DNA from: Gaiellaceae bacterium
GTDB taxonomy: Bacteria > Actinomycetota > Thermoleophilia > Gaiellales > Gaiellaceae
Length of the DNA stretch: 56,004 nt
Direction: 5' to 3'
NCBI GenBank assembly: GCA_035574435.1
Contig: DATLYU010000016.1
Coordinates: 1-56,004 of the forward strand
The notes under the pieces were generated by a model that had not been told where the DNA came from, ran no database searches, and saw only the letters and a list, made by a program, of their open reading frames with translations. The first letter of the stretch is position 1. Every line of letters begins with the position of its first letter. This document shows, piece after piece, positions 53,170 through 56,004 of the stretch. The translations under genes and the position numbers were made by a program.

Positions 53170-54354
53170 ATGACCCCACGGAAGGCGTCGCTGCGGGTGG
53201 CGCACGCGCGCTCGTGCCCGAACGCCTCCAAGACGGCGCTCGCGAGCGCCGGCCGCGGCTCCGGCTGCACCTGCCAGCCCTCCTACTACGTGGCGACGCG
53301 CGACCGCGACGGGCGCACGGTGAAGAGCGCGCGCGTGCGCGACCGCCGCACGGCGGAGCGCCTGCTGGAGCGCGCGCAGCGCGAGATCGACGAGGGCCGC
53401 GTCGGCATCGCCAAGCCGAAGGAGATCACGTTCGGCGCCTGGGCGGACGAGTTCGAGCGCATCCTCGACCAGCGCATCCAGGCCGGCGAGCTGCACCCGC
53501 GCACGAAGGGCTCGTACGCCTCGACGCTGCGCCGCGGGCGGGAGGCGTTCGGCTCCCTGTACCTGCGCGAGATCGGAAACCCGGAGCTGCGCCTGTTCCT
53601 GGAGCCGTTCGCGCACCTGCGGCCCGCCTCCCGGCTGCGCTACCTGCGCGAGCTGTCGGCGGTGCTGACGACGGCGATCGGGGACGGGTACCTGGAGACG
53701 AACCCGGTCCCCCGGTTCACGAAGGCGGCGAAGCTGCGCGCGCCCAAGCGCGGCAAGGCGCCGTTCGAGGACGACGAGCTCGAGCGCCTGTGGGCGGAGC
53801 TGGGGCGGCTCGAGGCGAAGGTGTACCTGTACGCGTGCCGCTTCGCGGTCGAGACGGGCGTGCGCCTGGGCGAGCTGATCGCGCTGGAGTGGGAGAACGT
53901 CGACCTGCTGCGCGGCCGGGTGCGCGTCGAGGCGCAGTGGGACGACCGGGTTGGCCTGCTCGAGCCGAAGGACCGCGAGCCGCGCGTCATCTACCTGACG
54001 CCGCCGGCGCGCCAGGTGCTCGCCGAGTGGGTGGGGGTGGTCGGGGCGCGGGCCGCCGGGCCGGTGTTCCCGGGGCCGAACGGAGGCCGGCTCGGCCGCC
54101 GCGACCTGCAGCGTCGCTTCGAGGCGGCGCGGGAGGCGGCGCGCATCCCCAAGCTGCACCCGGAGCTGCGGCTGCCGCGCACGCTGCACTCGCTGCGCTA
54201 CACGACGAGCGTGCTCCTGCAGCGGCGCGGCTACCACCCGCGGCTGATTGAGGCGACGCTCGGCCACAGCTCGCTGGAGCTGACCTACGGGGTGTACGGC
54301 GGCTGGACGCCGGAGATGCTCGCCGCCGAGGCGGCGCGCGACCTACAAGCGTGA
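53170..54354 (+). CDS. tyrosine-type site-specific recombinase (phage integrase family)
   Basis: N-terminal SAM-like/core-binding region. Catalytic residues in context: TGVRLGEL (Arg), HSLRYT (His-x-x-Arg), LGHSS (His), LTYGVYGGW (Tyr). Confidence 0.9.
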   Translation: MTPRKASLRVAHARSCPNASKTALASAGRGSGCTCQPSYYVATRDRDGRTVKSARVRDRRTAERLLERAQREIDEGRVGIAKPKEITFGAWADEFERILDQRIQAGELHPRTKGSYASTLRRGREAFGSLYLREIGNPELRLFLEPFAHLRPASRLRYLRELSAVLTTAIGDGYLETNPVPRFTKAAKLRAPKRGKAPFEDDELERLWAELGRLEAKVYLYACRFAVETGVRLGELIALEWENVDLLRGRVRVEAQWDDRVGLLEPKDREPRVIYLTPPARQVLAEWVGVVGARAAGPVFPGPNGGRLGRRDLQRRFEAAREAARIPKLHPELRLPRTLHSLRYTTSVLLQRRGYHPRLIEATLGHSSLELTYGVYGGWTPEMLAAEAARDLQA

Positions 54355-54521
54355 GGGGGGCTACGATCACCGGGCGGGCCGGCGAGGCTCCTTCCCGGTG
54401 GTCGGAAGCCTTCGGGGTCAACGTCTCGCCGGCCCCCCGGGGCGCCGTCCGGGGGCTCAGCTAGTCTCGGGGACGGTAGGCAGGCCCTTCGGGTGCGAGG
54501 GGTTGAAACATGGCTCGTGTA

Positions 54522-54544
54522 GCGCCCGCCCGTCCGGCGGGCGC
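54522..54544. terminator. 9-bp GC hairpin GCGCCCGCC-cgtcc-GGCGGGCGC
   Basis: Seen directly in the sequence, in the 213-bp gap after the integrase. Confidence 0.3.
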
Positions 54545-54567
54545 TGCCGTCCGGTCGGGCGAGTAGG

Positions 54568-55512
54568 TTGGATGCGCCATGTTCAACAACTCTCCCCCAA
54601 GTGGCCGCCGTTGCCCATCCGGGCTATGACCTCGCGTCCCTGAGCGACGACCTCGCGTCCGCGGACCTCCCGTTCCTGGAGGTGTACCGCGACGAGCTCG
54701 TCGCCAGAGCGAAGGGGGCTCGGGGACCCGAGCGGAAGCAGATCGAGAGGTGCCTCGGCTACTTGTGGGGGCGGATCCGCGAAGAGCGCGCGCGCGCGCT
54801 GACGACGCCCCCGTCGCCCGACTCGTTGTACGACTTCCGCGGGCTGCTCGAGGTCGTCGAGTGCGCGCCTTCGACCGCCTCCGCGCCCAGCTTCGAGCGA
54901 GCCGTCCGGACCGCCTTCCCGGAGCGCGGCGATGAAGCCCTCGCGGCGTTCCGCGCGCTCGCGGCCGAGCGCGCCCGCCGGCTCGAGCTTGGCCATCCGC
55001 TCAAGCGCTGGGATCCGGAGGACTGGATCTGCGCGGCCCGGGCGCGCCTCGGCGAGTACGGGACGCTCGGGGTCGCGCGGTTCGCCGCGAGGCAACGACC
55101 TGGAATGCGGCAGGACAGGCTCATGCGCGTCCGGGACCTGGCTACTGCGTTCCTCGCGGCCAGCCCGGACGAGCAGGAGGCCCTCGTCCTCGGCCAGCGC
55201 CAGGGCGCGCCGCGGCACCGTCTCCTCGTGGAGCACGCGGCGCGGCATCGCATCTCCGCCGCACTCGCCGCCGCAGACTGGCGAGCGGCCCGGCTGCCGC
55301 TTTTCGAGGCCGGCCAGCTCCCGCTCCTCACCCCATGGGCGCGCGCCGTCGAGCTCGGGGATGAGGAAGCCGCCCGGCGCGCCTCGCGGCGGGCGAAGGC
55401 TGTCCGGCGCCGCCTGCTTCGGGACGTGGGCCAGGCGGCGGAAGACGTGGCCGGGAGAATCGCCCGGCTGCGGGCGGCGCGGGCTGCCCGGCGCTGCCGG
55501 CGCGCCGCCTGA
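54568..55512 (+). CDS. hypothetical protein of the putative element
   Basis: 314 aa. The + frame has high GC3 and a normal composition (D/E/L/F/Y/W present), whereas both antisense ORFs are Arg/Pro/Gly-rich. Start is TTG 54568 or GTG 54601. Confidence 0.55.
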   Translation: MDAPCSTTLPQVAAVAHPGYDLASLSDDLASADLPFLEVYRDELVARAKGARGPERKQIERCLGYLWGRIREERARALTTPPSPDSLYDFRGLLEVVECAPSTASAPSFERAVRTAFPERGDEALAAFRALAAERARRLELGHPLKRWDPEDWICAARARLGEYGTLGVARFAARQRPGMRQDRLMRVRDLATAFLAASPDEQEALVLGQRQGAPRHRLLVEHAARHRISAALAAADWRAARLPLFEAGQLPLLTPWARAVELGDEEAARRASRRAKAVRRRLLRDVGQAAEDVAGRIARLRAARAARRCRRAA

Positions 55513-55598
55513 GCGGCGAGCCGCTCTTCTCGAGCGGGATTTGCAGGGAAAATCGCATGTAGGCAGTGCTCGACGAGGGCGGTTGCCATCCTCCGCGC

Positions 55599-55790
55599 AT
55601 GGCGGCTGCACTCATCGTCACCCTCGCTGACGGGCGGCGAAGCCCGGTCTTGGTGCCCACGGCGGCAACGCCGGCGGAGCACGCGGCGGTGCTCCGGTGG
55701 ATCTACGAGCATGAACCGCTCGCCCGCGTCCTGGACGCGGCGCTCGACGCGCTCGCCGAGGCCGAGCCCGAGGGGGCCGAGGGTGATTAG
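55599..55790 (+). CDS. small hypothetical protein of the putative element
   Basis: MAAALIVTLADGRRSPVLVPTAATPAEHAAVLRWIYEHEPLARVLDAAL…. GTG 55566 is an alternative start. Confidence 0.4.
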   Translation: MAAALIVTLADGRRSPVLVPTAATPAEHAAVLRWIYEHEPLARVLDAALDALAEAEPEGAEGD

Positions 55791-56004
55791 CTGGACCGAG
55801 CTCCGGGACGAGGCGGTCGCCGCTTGGGGGCAGGCTCCGGGGGAAGCGCTGGAGGACGAGGTCGCCGCCGTCTTCCGCGAGCGGCCGAGGCTCGTCGCCA
55901 TGGAGCTCGCGCGAGTGTCTGAGGCGCACAAGAAGGCGGCGATCCACAGCCCGTGGGCCGTCCTGCGCGCCCGCTTGCGCAGCGCCCTGCGCGCGCTGGA
56001 CGTG
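55783..56004 (+). CDS. hypothetical protein, 3' end outside the window
   Basis: GTG 55783 overlaps the previous stop. Hand translation: VISWTELRDEAVAAWGQAPGEALEDEVAAVFRERPRLVAMELARVSEAHKKAAIHSPWAVLRARLRSAL…. The frame is open to the window edge and is absent from the ORF track because no stop is reached. Confidence 0.4.
   Translation, partial: MISWTELRDEAVAAWGQAPGEALEDEVAAVFRERPRLVAMELARVSEAHKKAAIHSPWAVLRARLRSALRALDV

Larger units (their letters stand above)
53083..56004. mobile_element. left part of a putative integrated element (integrase plus orphan genes); right end outside the window
   Basis: A tyrosine recombinase with its own strong promoter starts 88 bp after a housekeeping gene. 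It is followed only by unrecognisable ORFs. No att repeat can be defined inside the window. Confidence 0.5.

Noticed and set aside
54583-55931. Minus-strand ORFs 54583-55611 (342 aa) and 54759-55931 (390 aa) inside the putative element.
   Set aside because: Both are Arg/Pro/Gly/Ser-rich. They overlap + strand frames with normal amino-acid composition and high GC3. The + strand is co-directional with the integrase.

Overview
Very GC-rich chromosomal DNA in which nearly every third codon position is G/C. It looks like an actinobacterium, possibly a Rubrobacteria/Thermoleophilia-like lineage; that guess rests on style and gene content only. I call about 60 protein genes and one tRNA-Met(CAT). 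I see no rRNA, no CRISPR array and no transposase. A tyrosine recombinase at 53.2 kb opens what looks like an integrated element that runs off the right edge.

The backbone is housekeeping: pdxS-pdxT-yebC, ruvCAB, recJ, rel, hpt, a phosphomannomutase, and an htrA / two-component envelope module. Several less ordinary modules sit between these genes:
- An ethanolamine permease plus gamma-glutamylation catabolic operon (6.4-13 kb). It is preceded by an 850-bp ORF-free gap holding three tandem copies of a ~100-nt structured element. I consider this gap the best candidate for something undescribed.
- A class E sortase / Wzy_C-TPR membrane protein / 100-aa LPNTG protein trio (28.9-31.9 kb).
- A stand-alone class III cyclase-STAND-TPR protein (40-43 kb).
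- A variant System I cytochrome c maturation set whose CcmE carries CxxxY instead of HxxxY (44.8-47.6 kb).
- A metallophosphoesterase / cyclic-2,3-diphosphoglycerate synthetase / 2-phosphoglycerate kinase operon of archaeal flavour (49.8-52.8 kb).

Many first genes of operons have a TAnnnT hexamer 6-7 nt before the start codon, which suggests leaderless mRNAs. Internal genes are joined by ATGA/GTGA overlaps.

All calls come from reading the sequence and the ORF track by eye. No database search, RNA folding or covariation test was run. The many long Arg/Pro/Gly/Ala-rich ORFs in the track are treated as high-GC shadow frames.
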